A DNA stretch of 63,893 nt, filler included, from Thraustochytrium aureum (lineage: Eukaryota): assembly GCA_012862495.1 (NCBI GenBank). It is 11 parts of 7 records of this genome, joined end to end, with 100 filler letters (N's around TTAATTAATTAA, not from the genome) between each part and the next. Parts side by side here need not be neighbours in the genome. Positions count along the whole stretch, not along the records: positions 42,057 to 59,846 come from BLSG01000150.1; 10 more parts are not named here. One strand, 5' to 3'. Of this stretch, positions 46,800 to 58,283 are shown piece after piece (position 1 is the first letter of the stretch; each line of letters opens with the position of its first letter). A program made the translations under genes and the position numbers. The notes under the pieces were generated by a model, which searched no databases, was not told where the DNA came from, and saw nothing but the letters and a program-made list of their open reading frames with translations.

Positions 46800-47550
46800 C
46801 ACCTGCGACGCGGTACCCGGTTCGAGGAGACCCAGCGCTCGAACACCCTGATGCCCGTCTCGCGCACGGGCAGCGTCGCCTGGTCGGTATGGGGTGCTCC
46901 ACCAACGCCGCGAACTCGACGCGGCAAACAACCGCGTCCCCATCTACCTGCCTTGCCTGTACAAATCTCTCTGTTTTGGAGCAAACCCACCGAAATTCTA
47001 CGTACTCTACTCTACCTTACTGTCCGCCGCCGCCACCCAGCCAACGCGCTCGCGCGGCGCGCCCGCAGTCCGCTGCAGGCCGCCGACGCAAGCGCCGCTT
47101 CAGCCGAAGCGCGCACGGACCCAGGCCACCACGGCGGCGTTCGTGCGCCTCCAGGCCAATCTGTCATCGCCGGAACCGACCTCGGCGCCGCATGAACCCG
47201 GCTCGACGGCCTCGGCGGCATGGGCAGCGCTGCGGGCCCTTGTGCGATTGCTGGACATGGATGGATGCCAGCGTCGAGGCACACGTCTTTCTCGCCGTGG
47301 TTTTTTTTCATTCGGTGCTCAGAAAAAATGCAAAAGCAACGCGAACAGCGCTGGCAGGAGAGCGGCACAGGCAGAAGCGCAACGAGCGGCGCGTTCAGGC
47401 CCGCGTCCTCTGGGCTGCTGCTGGGACAGGACGTGTGGCGAAGGCAAACAGGCACGCAGAGAGCCGGTCGGTCCAGCGAGGCTTTGACAGGCAGGCCGGC
47501 AGGCAGGCAGGCGGGCAGGCGGGCAGGTGGCAGCGTGTGAGGCCGGTGCG

Positions 47551-48411
47551 ATGCTGCCACTGCACGGGAGCGGTGCGACCGTGCCGGGGGCTGGACACCG
47601 GTTTGGGTCGAGCGGGCGCAGTGTGGCGTCAGGTGCAGGGAGCCACCTTGGACGGCACGGAAGCGCGAGCACGGTTGGGAGCGGGTATCTCGACGGCGTG
47701 CAGCAGCGCAGTCAGGCAGCGACGCTTTCCAGGTATCTGAGGAGGATAGTCTACTACCCTCAGCTTGACTTTCAGTATGCGGTGACGCAGCTCAGCTACC
47801 TACTTCACGCGCCCTCCAAGGTGTACAAGCTGACATCCTGGCGGAACCAGACCAAGCAGCAATGGGCGCGAGACGACCCGGCCTTCATGGTGATCCTCTG
47901 CTTTTTCATTTCGGTGCCGACCGTGTCATTCGCGCTAGTGCTGGGCAAAGGAACACTGTCCAACCTCCTGGGCCTCGTGGCCGCCAACCTGGCTGTGTTT
48001 GTGGTCTCGGGCGTGCTGATTTCCACGTTTTGGTGGTGGCTGGCCAACACGTACTTTCGAACGCGCCACAGCCACTCGGTGGAGCAGCAGGTCGAGTGGA
48101 TGTACGCTTGGGACATTCACTGCAACGGGTACTGGCCGCTTACGTTGTCCTTGTACGTGGTCCAGTTCCTCCTTTTGCCGTTCCTTCTATCAGAGACGTT
48201 TTTCGCCACGACGGCGGCCAACGCGCTCTACGCGCTTACCTTTGGCTACTATTCATACGTCAGCTTTCTCGGCTACATGTACCTTCCGTTCCTCAACAAG
48301 GAGCTTGTGACGAGCATGCTGTACCCGATTGCGGCGGTGGCCGTGCTGTTCGTGCTCTTTACGGTGCTCAACATCAACGCCTCGCGATACGCGCTCAGCT
48401 TTTTCTTCTAG
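47551..48411 (+). CDS. UNC50: UNC-50 family Golgi membrane protein
   Basis: YLRRI..QLDFQYA, PSKVY..QTKQQWARDDPAF and VEQQVEWMYAWDIHCN. Confidence 0.95.
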   Translation: MLPLHGSGATVPGAGHRFGSSGRSVASGAGSHLGRHGSASTVGSGYLDGVQQRSQAATLSRYLRRIVYYPQLDFQYAVTQLSYLLHAPSKVYKLTSWRNQTKQQWARDDPAFMVILCFFISVPTVSFALVLGKGTLSNLLGLVAANLAVFVVSGVLISTFWWWLANTYFRTRHSHSVEQQVEWMYAWDIHCNGYWPLTLSLYVVQFLLLPFLLSETFFATTAANALYALTFGYYSYVSFLGYMYLPFLNKELVTSMLYPIAAVAVLFVLFTVLNINASRYALSFFF

Positions 48412-48583
48412 CGCTCTACAGAGATCTCTTAGAGAGCTCCAGCTAGAGCTAGCTCCAATGGAGCTCTGGAGTTGAGAGAGCTTCCTCAAGTCGCCCGACT
48501 TGAGCCGCGCTCGTTTGATTGATTGAAAGCAAACCAAAAAAAACATAAAACATTGCATCGCTTGCACTAACCGCTGCCACGCC

Positions 48584-49728
48584 TCACGCCCAGTTCGACT
48601 CCAAACTATCACCACTTGCCAACACGGCGGCGGCGGTCGCTGCTGGCGCCGCATCCTCAACGCTGGCAGACTCGCCGCGGTCGTCTTCTTCGTCGTCGCT
48701 AAACTGAATGTGCTTCCCTTTCGGCTCGGCGTTCGCGCCCGTCGCCGCAGCAAACGCAGGCTTTGCGACGGGCTCGGGCTTGTTTGCTTCCTCCTCGCGC
48801 AGCGCCGCACAGGCGTCGCAGGGATCTTCGTCAGCCTTGACCCACTTGAGCCCCTGGTCGCGCAAGATCTTGAGCAGCTCGTGGAAATCATCGATCGCGA
48901 CACTCATGTCCTTCCAGCGCTCGGCCATCTGCCCAGACTCGGCCTTGCTGAGGCAGACCGTCGACGTTGTTGCCTCTTGCGGTCCGAGCTCCATGCGAAA
49001 CTTGACACCCATGCTCTCCCAGTATTCGTACTTTTGCCCTGGGAGGAGCGAGCTGCGCTGGTCAATCCAGGCGTTGACGCGGTGTTTCATGAGCTTGTTT
49101 TTCAGGTCTTGCGCCGCGTCCTTGACCATCTGCGCCTCTTCCTCTCGCCGCTTCCAGAGGATCGGGATGATCACCAGGTCGTGCTTGCGCGCCATCTCGT
49201 CGCGCTTCTGGGCCTTCTCTGCCTCCTCCCGAGTTTCGTACTGCGAGTAGTCGGGCTCCTCGCGCCCTGCGCGGCCGCCTCCAAACCTTTCGCTTCCACC
49301 GCGAGCGCCAAACCCGCCGCCGCGGCCGCCGCCTCGAGGGGCAACCTGTCGTTGCCCCNNNNNNNNNNNNNNNNNNNNNNNNNNNNNNNNNNNNNNNNNN
49401 NNNNNNNNNNNNNNNNNNNNNNNNNNNNNNNNNNNNNNNNNNNNNNNNNNNNNNNNNNNNNNNNNNNNNNNNNNNNNNNNNNNNNNNNNNNNNNNNNNNN
49501 NNNNNNNNNNNNNNNNNNNNNNNNNNNNNNNNNNNNNNNNNNNCCGCGGCCGGTGCCGTTGTACGGCGCCTTCCTTGCGCCGCCGCGGCCGTCGCTTTCG
49601 AGCTCACGTTTTCGCTTGGCCTTGAGCGTCTTGATCTCCTCCTTGCTCTTCCCTTGCTTCTGCAAGTCCACGACAAAGTCGCGTACCTTCCGCTGCACCT
49701 CGCGCCTCTTCTCCTCCTTGTCCGCCAT
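48584..49728 (-). CDS. Stand-alone class IIa (ProRS-like) anticodon-binding-domain protein with RGG region (spans gap 49359-49543)
   Basis: DLVIIPI..WIDQRSSLLPGQKYEYWESMGVKFRMELGPQE, with RGGRGGGGFGARGG upstream and a basic N-terminus MADKEEKRR. Confidence 0.75.
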
Positions 49729-50619
49729 CGCGTGCTGGCGCGGCTCGTCGAGCTCCCCACGCGCGACGTCAACCCCGACCAAGTGCGACTTGTCCGCGGA
49801 AATCCAACCAACCCACCCACCAAAAGCCCACCAGCCGCCGCCGGAAACCAACCAGCGGCGCCTGCAGCTCAGCGCGACACGCGAGGGCCTCGAGCGCGCG
49901 CGAGAGTAGGTAGTGCAGCACCGCGACAGCGCTGCTCGGAGCTCTGCGACGCCAATCGATGCCTGCGCGACTCAAGGCTTTCCAAGTCGCGTTTCGTTTG
50001 GTTGGTTGGTTGTTGCGCAACGAAGCTCGCTGTGTTCGCCAGCTCCGCCGATCAAAAGAACAGCTCGATGAACGCCAAGGTCCGTTGGGTCCGTTGGGCC
50101 CGAAGCTCGGCGACCCCACGGTGCGAGGGGCGGACGCGGTTGCTCGTGTTGGGCGTGGGGTTGGGACTGTGCTGTTCATGGAATTTGCGGCGTTGGCAGG
50201 GAGTGGCGCCCGAGAGTCGGCTGGATGCCGTCGGGGCTGAAACCACCATCGGGCGGATGGCTTGCTTGCGAGAGAAGATTGGTGAAATCTGAATTGCGTG
50301 GTCTGCCAGTGGTACGTGCGGTTTGAGCGTGGAGCGCTCGCCGTTTGTTGGGCCAGGACGAAGGTGTTGACGCTTTTCGGTCCTTGAAAAGTGCCAGTTT
50401 CAACCCTCTCACAGTTGATTGTGCAGCGCAAACGGACAGGTGCCATAGCCTCGTCAAGAAGGTTAATTCTGCAAACTACACGCACACCTTATCTGACCTC
50501 AATCCAGTACCGGCGCCGCAAGCCGCTCAGTTCCGTTTCACACCTAGAGCAACGCGTGCCTGCGGCTGCGCGAGCAGCCGGCTCCGGGGCCGCGCGCGGG
50601 CACGTCGGGCGAACGCGCC

Positions 50620-51776
50620 ATGGACAGCATAGGGTGTCCTGCGCCCATTTGGCCGGCGACCACTGTGTGCGGAAACGGCCTATGCGTAGAATCGACGTGT
50701 CAGTGCGACGCGGGATGGTCACTGGGAGGCATGCGCAACGCTGCAGGCGTCCAATGTGACGTGAACCTTGCCCTGATCCGAGTAGTTTGGTCGTGCACGC
50801 TCCTGTTCGGTCTTCTTCGCTCTGGCCTTGGCCTTGTGCAGTTCACAAAAGCCCCCATGGGTAGGCGGAGCCAAACCAAGATGGTCGTTCTCAGCGTGTT
50901 GGCGCAACTATCATTGCTTGGTGTAGCCTTCTGGAAGACCGTGGCGCCAGAGGCCAGTGGATCGGAGTCGACGTGGGAATCACATCGCTCATCATGTGCG
51001 AGAGCCTGTGCACGCTTCTTCGATCCACTATGGGCGTTTACAAGTACGCGGAGTTTCTCTACGTCAACACCAGGAGCATGGGCGGCCCAGGGCTCAATGC
51101 GCCGCCTTCAATGGTGCTGTACCGCGGCACGCTTGCGGCTGCATTCTACGTACATGTGTCTGCCTTGTTCGTACTTTCGTACAGCGAAACCTACGCGGTG
51201 TCTGTGATTGTCGGTTTTATGTGTGCCCTGCACGTGCTGCTCGGGGTTGTCACTGGGCGATTCTTACGGCCTGCAATTGCTGTGTTCAGCGGCTTTGCAG
51301 CTCCAAATCCATCTGTGCTTGGCCCTTCGAAGCCATCGACCAGGCGGGTTTCAACTTTGGGCGGCGATGGGAAGCCGAAGACCACGCGAAAGGTCAGCGG
51401 TGTGGAAGCCAAGGTGCAGCACCTGCAGAGGAAGACGAAAACGCTGTACAAGGCGAGCATGATTTTGATTTCGCTGACCGCGATCTGCGAGGCACTCGTT
51501 GCAGCAACGACCTCCGGGAAGCGCCTCCTCCCCTACGCTGTGCCGCTGGTCTTCTTTTCAAAAGGCCTGGTGTCGGTCGTGGCGATCCGGCGGAACAGGC
51601 CCAGAAAACGACGAGCGTCTCGCGCAACGGTGTCGCCAACGCTAGTGAAGACTTCGTTTGCCCAGTCAGCGCTGCCGTTCTCGGTGCTGAACAAATCACC
51701 ACCGCCTTCTGCCCAATTGGAGACAACGGTGGCGGCAACCTCAGCGGTGGGAACCGAGACAGCCAGGGCAAGCTAG
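50620..51776 (+). CDS. Multi-pass (about 7 TM) membrane protein with N-terminal EGF-like motif; frameshift near 50960
   Basis: C..CGNGLCVESTCQCDAGWS..C followed by a series of hydrophobic segments across ORFs 50620-51207 and 50973-51776. Confidence 0.65.
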
Positions 51777-51974
51777 GCTTTGCGGTTTGCTCCACAGCCA
51801 GGGCGGGCCGTGTATTGCGCCATCTTCCAGCAAGCAGAAGGCGCAGGGAGATTTGAAACAAGGCCGAGACGGACTGAGACGTGTATCCTGCTTCGCTGGC
51901 CCTTCGCAGGCCGCGGCGCTTCTCTTTAACTGCGCGTTTTTTTGTACGTAAATGTGAAGCCCATTGCGCCCGCT

Positions 51975-52254
51975 TCAGGTCTGGCTCAAGGCGGCGCTCG
52001 TAGGAAGCTCCGTGGAGGCCCCGTTGCTCTTGTCCCCGTTCATGAGCGACACGCTCGATCCATCCGTCTCGTCCTCCTTTTTCAGCGAGGCCGACGCACT
52101 CTTCTTCTTTTTCTTCTTGCTGATCCCGCCCTTGTACGTCTTTGCTTCCTCGGTGGGCACCCAGGAGATGCGCTCGCCTGTGTGGATGTTTTGATACGCC
52201 ACCTTGCCGGGCCGCGAGCGGCTCGGCACGGCCTTCCAGCCAGGCGGGAGCTCC
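51975..52254 (-). CDS. 3' fragment of a WW-domain protein (5' part in gap)
   Basis: LPPGWKAVPSRSRPGKVAYQNIHTGERISWVP WW signature. Confidence 0.8.
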
Positions 52255-54340
52255 NNNNNNNNNNNNNNNNNNNNNNNNNNNNNNNNNNNNNNNNNNNNNN
52301 NNNNNNNNNNNNNNNNNNNNNNNNNNNNNNNNNNNNNNNNNNNNNNNNNNNNNNNNNNNNNNNNNNNNNNNNNNNNNNNNNNNNNNNNNNNNNNNNNNNN
52401 NNNNNNNNNNNNNNNNNNNNNNNNNNNNNNNNNNNNNNNNNNNNNNNNNNNNNNNNNNNNNNNNNNNNNNNNNNNNNNNNNNNNNNNNNNNNNNNNNNNN
52501 NNNNNNNNNNNNNNNNNNNNNNNNNNNNNNNNNNNNNNNNNNNNNNNNNNNNNNNNNNNNNNNNNNNNNNNNNNNNNNNNNNNNNNNNNNNNNNNNNNNN
52601 NNNNNNNNNNNNNNNNNNNNNNNNNNNNNNNNNNNNNNNNNNNNNNNNNNNNNNNNNNNNNNNNNNNNNNNNNNNNNNNNNNNNNNNNNNNNNNNNNNNN
52701 NNNNNNNNNNNNNNNNNNNNNNNNNNNNNNNNNNNNNNNNNNNNNNNNNNNNNNNNNNNNNNNNNNNNNNNNNNNNNNNNNNNNNCACAGCGAGTCTCCA
52801 GCACCATCGGCAATACCGCAGCGCAGGGCTGCTGCGGCAGCGCCCTGGCGGGGTTTCGCCGAGAGACCCGTTGGTTGCCGCCGCGGCTGCCGCCGAGGTC
52901 GAGGTCGATGTCGATGCCGTGGGCCTTGCGCGAGACCGACCGCGTCGGAAGGATTGGCGATGGCAGCGGCGAGCGAGCTGGCACCTGCGGCTGCCGGACG
53001 CGGTGGGGCGCGGCGATTGGGGGGTTGGATTGGTGGGTTGGTTTGTGCCTGGGGAAGCGCTGCTCGACCGCGGAGGGGACGTGACAGCGGGCGGTCGTGT
53101 CGCGTTCAAGCGGCTCGGGTCGTTGTGACGCGTCCGTGCATGTCCACTTGCTCATTCATTCTCTAGCTAGCTAGGTACCTGCTATGTGCTTCCATAGAGT
53201 ACTCGGGTACTGCTCATGCCAGAGCTCTCTTAGTTTGATCGCGTCTGGCGTTGCGCGGCGCCATCGATTGGTTCTGCCTCGCTCGTTGGCGAGGTGGCGC
53301 CGAGGAGTTCATGAGTTGGCAGCAAGGCGCTGCTGGTGGCTTTTGCACTTGTTTGCGACGAGCTGAAGCGGTGCGAGTTTCCTTCTTTGCCGAGGCTTTC
53401 TCTGCTCGAGGAAGCGGTGCGCGAGGCCTCAGCTCATTGTTCTGCACGTCGGCCAGGTCTCGCTCGGGCGGGCTGATGGGCAAGGGAGCAACTCGGCCAA
53501 GGACTGTTCGGCGGCAGGTTTTGATTGATTGAGCCATATGCTCTTCAAACGTCGTCGTCGTCGGCGGCGGCGGCGGCGTGTGACGTGACACGCGCTGCGG
53601 CCGCCAGACCTCAACGCCGCCGATGTGCTTTCAGGTGGTGCCCGGTTGCGCTGCTCGCATTCTTGAAGCAGATGGCCGCAGCACAGTTCGAAATCGTCGC
53701 GCCACCCGCGCCAAACAGGTTGGTGTTCCTTTTAAAGTCAACAAGCGATCAGACACTTTAGTGCTGTACAACCGTCCGAGCGGGCAATCTACTCATGAAC
53801 GCATCGGTGCCATACTGTACAGCACGGAGACGCGTTGCTGGTTGCGCACTGCAGTTTGCCAGCCCAGGCTGCCCAACCAGCCAGCCAGCCAACCAGCCAA
53901 CCAGCCAGCCAGCCAGCCAGCCCACTTTCGCCATCACCACCATCATCTCGGATCTTCACCACGTGCAATCATCATCTCTCGAAGGCAACAGCGTTGATCC
54001 GTCGCGACTGCATCGAACGTGGGTCAGACCCCCAGCCTGCCGTGAGCGCCGCAGCTAGCGTAGCTCCACCCACGCTTACGCTCCCCGCGCGGCATGTCCG
54101 CGCGGCGGTGCACTCGCGTGAGTGCATTTTCGCTGCGGAATTTGTGGCCTCGTCTCAACGGCCACATCGAGGCAAGCCGAAGCGAGCACGCAGCCAGCGA
54201 GCGAGCAGCGCAACAACCCGCCGCGAAGCACGCACGCAACACAGTGCGCACGAGGTCCAGGCGTAGAGGCCGCCTGCAACAGGCAACGTGCGGGCGCCGA
54301 GCCAGAGACACTAAAGGCGAGCGAAGGTCGAAGGACGACA

Positions 54341-55497
54341 ATGGCCGCGGCAGCGCTTGCGGCAGAGCGGTTCAGCCACGATGAGCGCGTGTTTGTAAGT
54401 GGACGGAGACTCTGGTCAGGCGGGGCTGCAGGCGCGGTATNNNNNNNNNNNNNNNNNNNNNNNNNNNNNNNNNNNNNNNNNNNNNNNNNNNNNNNNNNNN
54501 NNNNNNNNNNNNNNNNNNNNNNNNNNNNNNNNNNNNNNNNNNNNNNNNNNNNNNNNNNNNNNNNNNNNNNNNNNNNNNNNNNNNNNNNNNNNNNNNNNNN
54601 NNNNNNNNNNNNNNNNNNNNNNNNNNNNNNNNNNNNNNNNNNNNNNNNNNNNNNNNNNNNNNNNNNNNNNNNNNNNNNNNNNNNNNNNNNNNNNNNNNNN
54701 NNNNNNNNNNNNNNNNNNNNNNNNNNNNNNNNGGCCCTGACAGCAACGGCACACAGATGAACAAGCAGCCGCTCACGCGGTACGAACGCCACGCGAGTCG
54801 GGACAAGGAGTCAAAGGAACGCGCCCTGCTGGAAAAGGTAAGAGGCTCGCTCCGTGCCGCCTTGGCCAAGACGCCTCGCGCTAACGCAGAATACGCACAC
54901 ACAGCGGCCGCCAGTTCGAGGGCAGCAGTACATCAACTATGGGAACGAGATCGCCTCTGCCCAGAGCGGAACCGTCGCGTAAGTAAACAGGTTTGCGGAG
55001 GGCCTTCCGGAGCGATGGCCGAGCGGAGCTAATGAGCGCGGCGCACGCCGGCGCAGCCACATCACCGAACAGGACCGCTTCTTCACCGACTTTGCTGCCG
55101 AGGAGAAGCGGCGCCGCGAGCAGGAGTTTGCAATCAAGCAGGACCAGCTCAACCGCCGCCGCTACGAGATCGCAGCCGCAGAGGAAGAGCGCTGGACAAA
55201 GATGACGCCGACTGGGCTGTCGCTGCGGCGCGCGAGACGTCCCGCAAGTCGCACACAACACCGCGCAACGGCTCGAGCGTGCCATACAACCCGCTCACTC
55301 TCCAATACGAGGACTCGTCCAAGGGCGAGATGCTCAAGTATTCTGATGACCAGATCCGCTTCCGCGCAGCGCTCCGCGCCGAGCGCCTGCGCGCTCATCA
55401 AAGCAAGGAGGGTTTCAACCCGGTAACGGGCGCCCCTGCGCAACCTGTGCGCCTGCCGCCACAGCCGGAGCCGCCGGCCAGCCACCGCCCATTCTAG
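54341..55497 (+). CDS. Hypothetical multi-exon protein, possibly ciliary; gap 54441-54732, frameshift near 55204
   Basis: Introns: donor at 54395, 54838-54904 and 54979-55056 (GT-AG with CTAA[CT]). C-terminus PYNPLTLQY..G..L..RA..RA..L..GFNPVTG. Confidence 0.65.
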
Positions 55498-56061
55498 CTC
55501 TACTCAACACTTCTAAAGAGCTTCAGAGTGCCGAGCAATCCAACAACCCGACCGCTTGCCGTGCGTTCCGTCCCCAAGCGCAGGCTGCTGCAGCGCCGCT
55601 CTAAGGATCAACCGTGCATGCACGCTGCGTCTCTGCCCACAGACCTCTGCCAGCCGAGAGAGCCCCCGCAGCGGGACGGGCCGAGAAGAGTCCGTCAGTC
55701 CAGCGCCGCGCAAAGCAGACAGCCTCTCGAGGCAGGCGGGACCAGCTTGCGCACGGCCGCGAGCCTGACCGAGGCCTGACCGAGGGCTCGCTCGGCGGTG
55801 GCCCGTGGTGCCAACCAAACCCGATCGCCGCGCTGTGCGTCGCATCTGCGTCGCGCAGCTTGAGCAAGCAAGATAGGCGCCCCACTCCGGCACGCGCTGG
55901 CGGCGCGGACGCATCTCTACCCGCTCGCCAGCGCGCGGCTCGCCAGCGCGCGGCTCGCCGCTCTCAAGTCCCTGCGGAGCGCGAAGGGTGGCAGGGAGGC
56001 CGCGTGGGCAGCAGCCCCAAGTGTGGTCCGCCCGGCGCGCGCGACAGGAGCAACCGCGTCG

Positions 56062-57156
56062 ATGTGGCGAACGTGCGAAAGCGACGAGGAAGAGGCCGAT
56101 GACGAGGTGCTGCTGCTCAAGCCGTTCAGCCTGACGGGGTCCGGAGGCGCCGCAGCTAGCGAGACAAGCACTCGCCACGCTGCGCTCGAGCACCTCGGCG
56201 CTGCCCTGACGCCTCCGTACGCGGAGCGGGGCGCAGCGGCGGGCTCGCTCATGGGCCTGCCGTGGGGTGCCGCTAGCGATCTAGTTGCCGCGCCAGCCAC
56301 GGCGGGCCTTCCTGCGCCGACGCTCGCCGAGAGCGCGTTTGATGTGCTCGTCAAGGGCCTTGAGGGCGTCTCGCTGAGCGATCCTGCTCGCGCAGAAGCC
56401 GCCACCGGCGGCGACGGGCCCGTCGATGCCGCTAGCGCACCCGTCGCTGCCCCTGCATCCGCTGGCCAGCGCGTGCTTCTCGTTCTCGACCTCAACGGCC
56501 TCCTCGTGGAGCGCGTGCAAAAAAATCGATTGACGAGAGAGGACAAGCTCTTGAGCGGGCCAGGCCCTGCGGCGCTGGGGAAGCGGTACCTCTGCTGGAC
56601 GCGCCCCCACGCGGGCCCGTTTGTCGACTTTCTCTTCGAGAGCTTTGACATCCTGGTCTGGTCCTCTGCCATGCGCGTCAACGTCGAGCTGGTCGTGGAC
56701 CACATCATGCCCAAGCACAAGAACAAGTTGATAGACATTTTCGATCAAGAAGACTGCACGAATGTGGGCAAGCACCCCACCGCAGAAAGGAAGCCCGCGT
56801 TCGTCAAGGATTTGAACAAAGTCTGGGCCAAGCACGGGCAGTATGGGCCAGAAAACACATTGCTTCTGGACGATTCGCTGTACAAGGCTGTGCTCAACCC
56901 GCCCAACACCGCGATCCACCCCAAGGCGTGGACGCGCCTGGAGACGAACGACACGGGGCTCGCCCAAGGGGGCCCCCTTCGCACGTACTTGGCTGGCTTG
57001 AACGAGTCGATGCATTCGGACGAGTTCTCCGTCCCGAGGTACCTCGCGAGCACGCCATTTCCAAGCGGGTACACAGACTCCGAGCTCCGTGCCGAAGCGC
57101 AGATCGCCGCAAAGGTAGCCAAAATGGCAAAGGCCGCCGCCGCTCAGCAGCGTTGA
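56062..57156 (+). CDS. NIF/FCP1-like HAD phosphatase (DLNGLL subtype); start uncertain
   Basis: LLVLDLNGLLV, RPH..F, VWSSA, KDL.KVW and NTLLLDDS.YKA..NP. Confidence 0.88.
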   Translation: MWRTCESDEEEADDEVLLLKPFSLTGSGGAAASETSTRHAALEHLGAALTPPYAERGAAAGSLMGLPWGAASDLVAAPATAGLPAPTLAESAFDVLVKGLEGVSLSDPARAEAATGGDGPVDAASAPVAAPASAGQRVLLVLDLNGLLVERVQKNRLTREDKLLSGPGPAALGKRYLCWTRPHAGPFVDFLFESFDILVWSSAMRVNVELVVDHIMPKHKNKLIDIFDQEDCTNVGKHPTAERKPAFVKDLNKVWAKHGQYGPENTLLLDDSLYKAVLNPPNTAIHPKAWTRLETNDTGLAQGGPLRTYLAGLNESMHSDEFSVPRYLASTPFPSGYTDSELRAEAQIAAKVAKMAKAAAAQQR

Positions 57157-57318
57157 AGCCTCTAGCTAGCTGAGAACGAGGGGCCGCCGTGCCCCGGGGC
57201 AGCAGCATGGTGCGATCCGTCGCTTGAGCCCTGCAGCGACGCTGCACCGGCACACACCCAGACGCGACGCTCACGCTCAAGAGAGCGACCCGCGCGCAGG
57301 CGCGACGCCAGCCTCCAC

Positions 57319-58283
57319 TCATACCAGTCGGTCCCAAACTTTGCCGGCGTCCGGGTCCGGGTCGAGCACGCGCGAGCGGACGCGTTGCGCACGAGCCACA
57401 GGCCCTTTCCTATCTCGTCATCTAGCTGACCGGGGGCCCAGGCGGCGTGCCCATACAGGAGCTTGACAAAGCAAGTTTCATCTGCGAGTATCGCAAGAAC
57501 GTTCCCGCCAAATGCGATTCCTTGTCCGAGCACGTCGGCGTCCTCCGCCTCTGTGCAAGAATGAAGATGCACCCAGCTCTCCATTTCATCCCGCAGGGGG
57601 CCGCCAACACCAAGCCATAGACGGTTTGGGTTGTGTATTGCGTCCGCGATCGCTCCGGCGCGGTCCTCGCTCTGCCCGAATAGATGGAGCTGGGCGCGGG
57701 CCTTTTCCGCTTGGTCTTCCGGGAGCATGTCGTTGACGACAAAGCCGCGCGTAGCCTTGTTGCCGCCGTGGTCTGTTAGGATTACGACGGCGCGCGCAAA
57801 TTCGTCGTGCTCGACATCGGGTTGGGTCTGGGGGTTGGCCACCAGGAGAGAGCCCACACCGAGGCCATGCACTTTGCCAATGGCGTGGCCCCAGCGCTGC
57901 CTAGCCATGGCCATTTCGACCTGCTCCAGCAAGCTCGGCTGCTCCTCGAGGCTTGGCCCGTCTGCATAGGCGTCAGCGTCTGGATAATCCCCGTCCTCGG
58001 CCGAGTCGCCGCCCACGACGCCGTCGCGCGTGCCATCGTTGTGTCCTGCGCGGAAGGCCTTGGCCGCGGCTTCTTCCCGCCGCAAATCCAGCCTTCGGTT
58101 GGCCTCAGCGATGAGGTCTTTGGCGGAAAGCAGCGAATCGCGTTCGCCCAGCGAGTACACGGCATCCTCGCGTTGCACTTCTGAGTGCGCGCTCTCTGCG
58201 AGGCGCGAGGCGTTGACGAGAAATATGACCACGTTCAGCGCCAAGAACAAGAACGGCAGCACGCTCGCAAAGCCTGCACGCAA
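57319..58283 (-). CDS. YqgE/AlgH (DUF179) family protein with N-terminal TM; frameshift near 57370; 5' exon probably in gap
   Basis: GSLLVA, FARAVVIL..H..GFVVN, GGP and YGHAAWAPGQLDDEIGKGLW. The shifted frame ends VLDPDPDAGKVWDRLV*. Confidence 0.85.

Noticed and set aside
52786..53155. Possible 5' part of the WW-domain gene
   Set aside because: No frame could be chosen with confidence across the gap.
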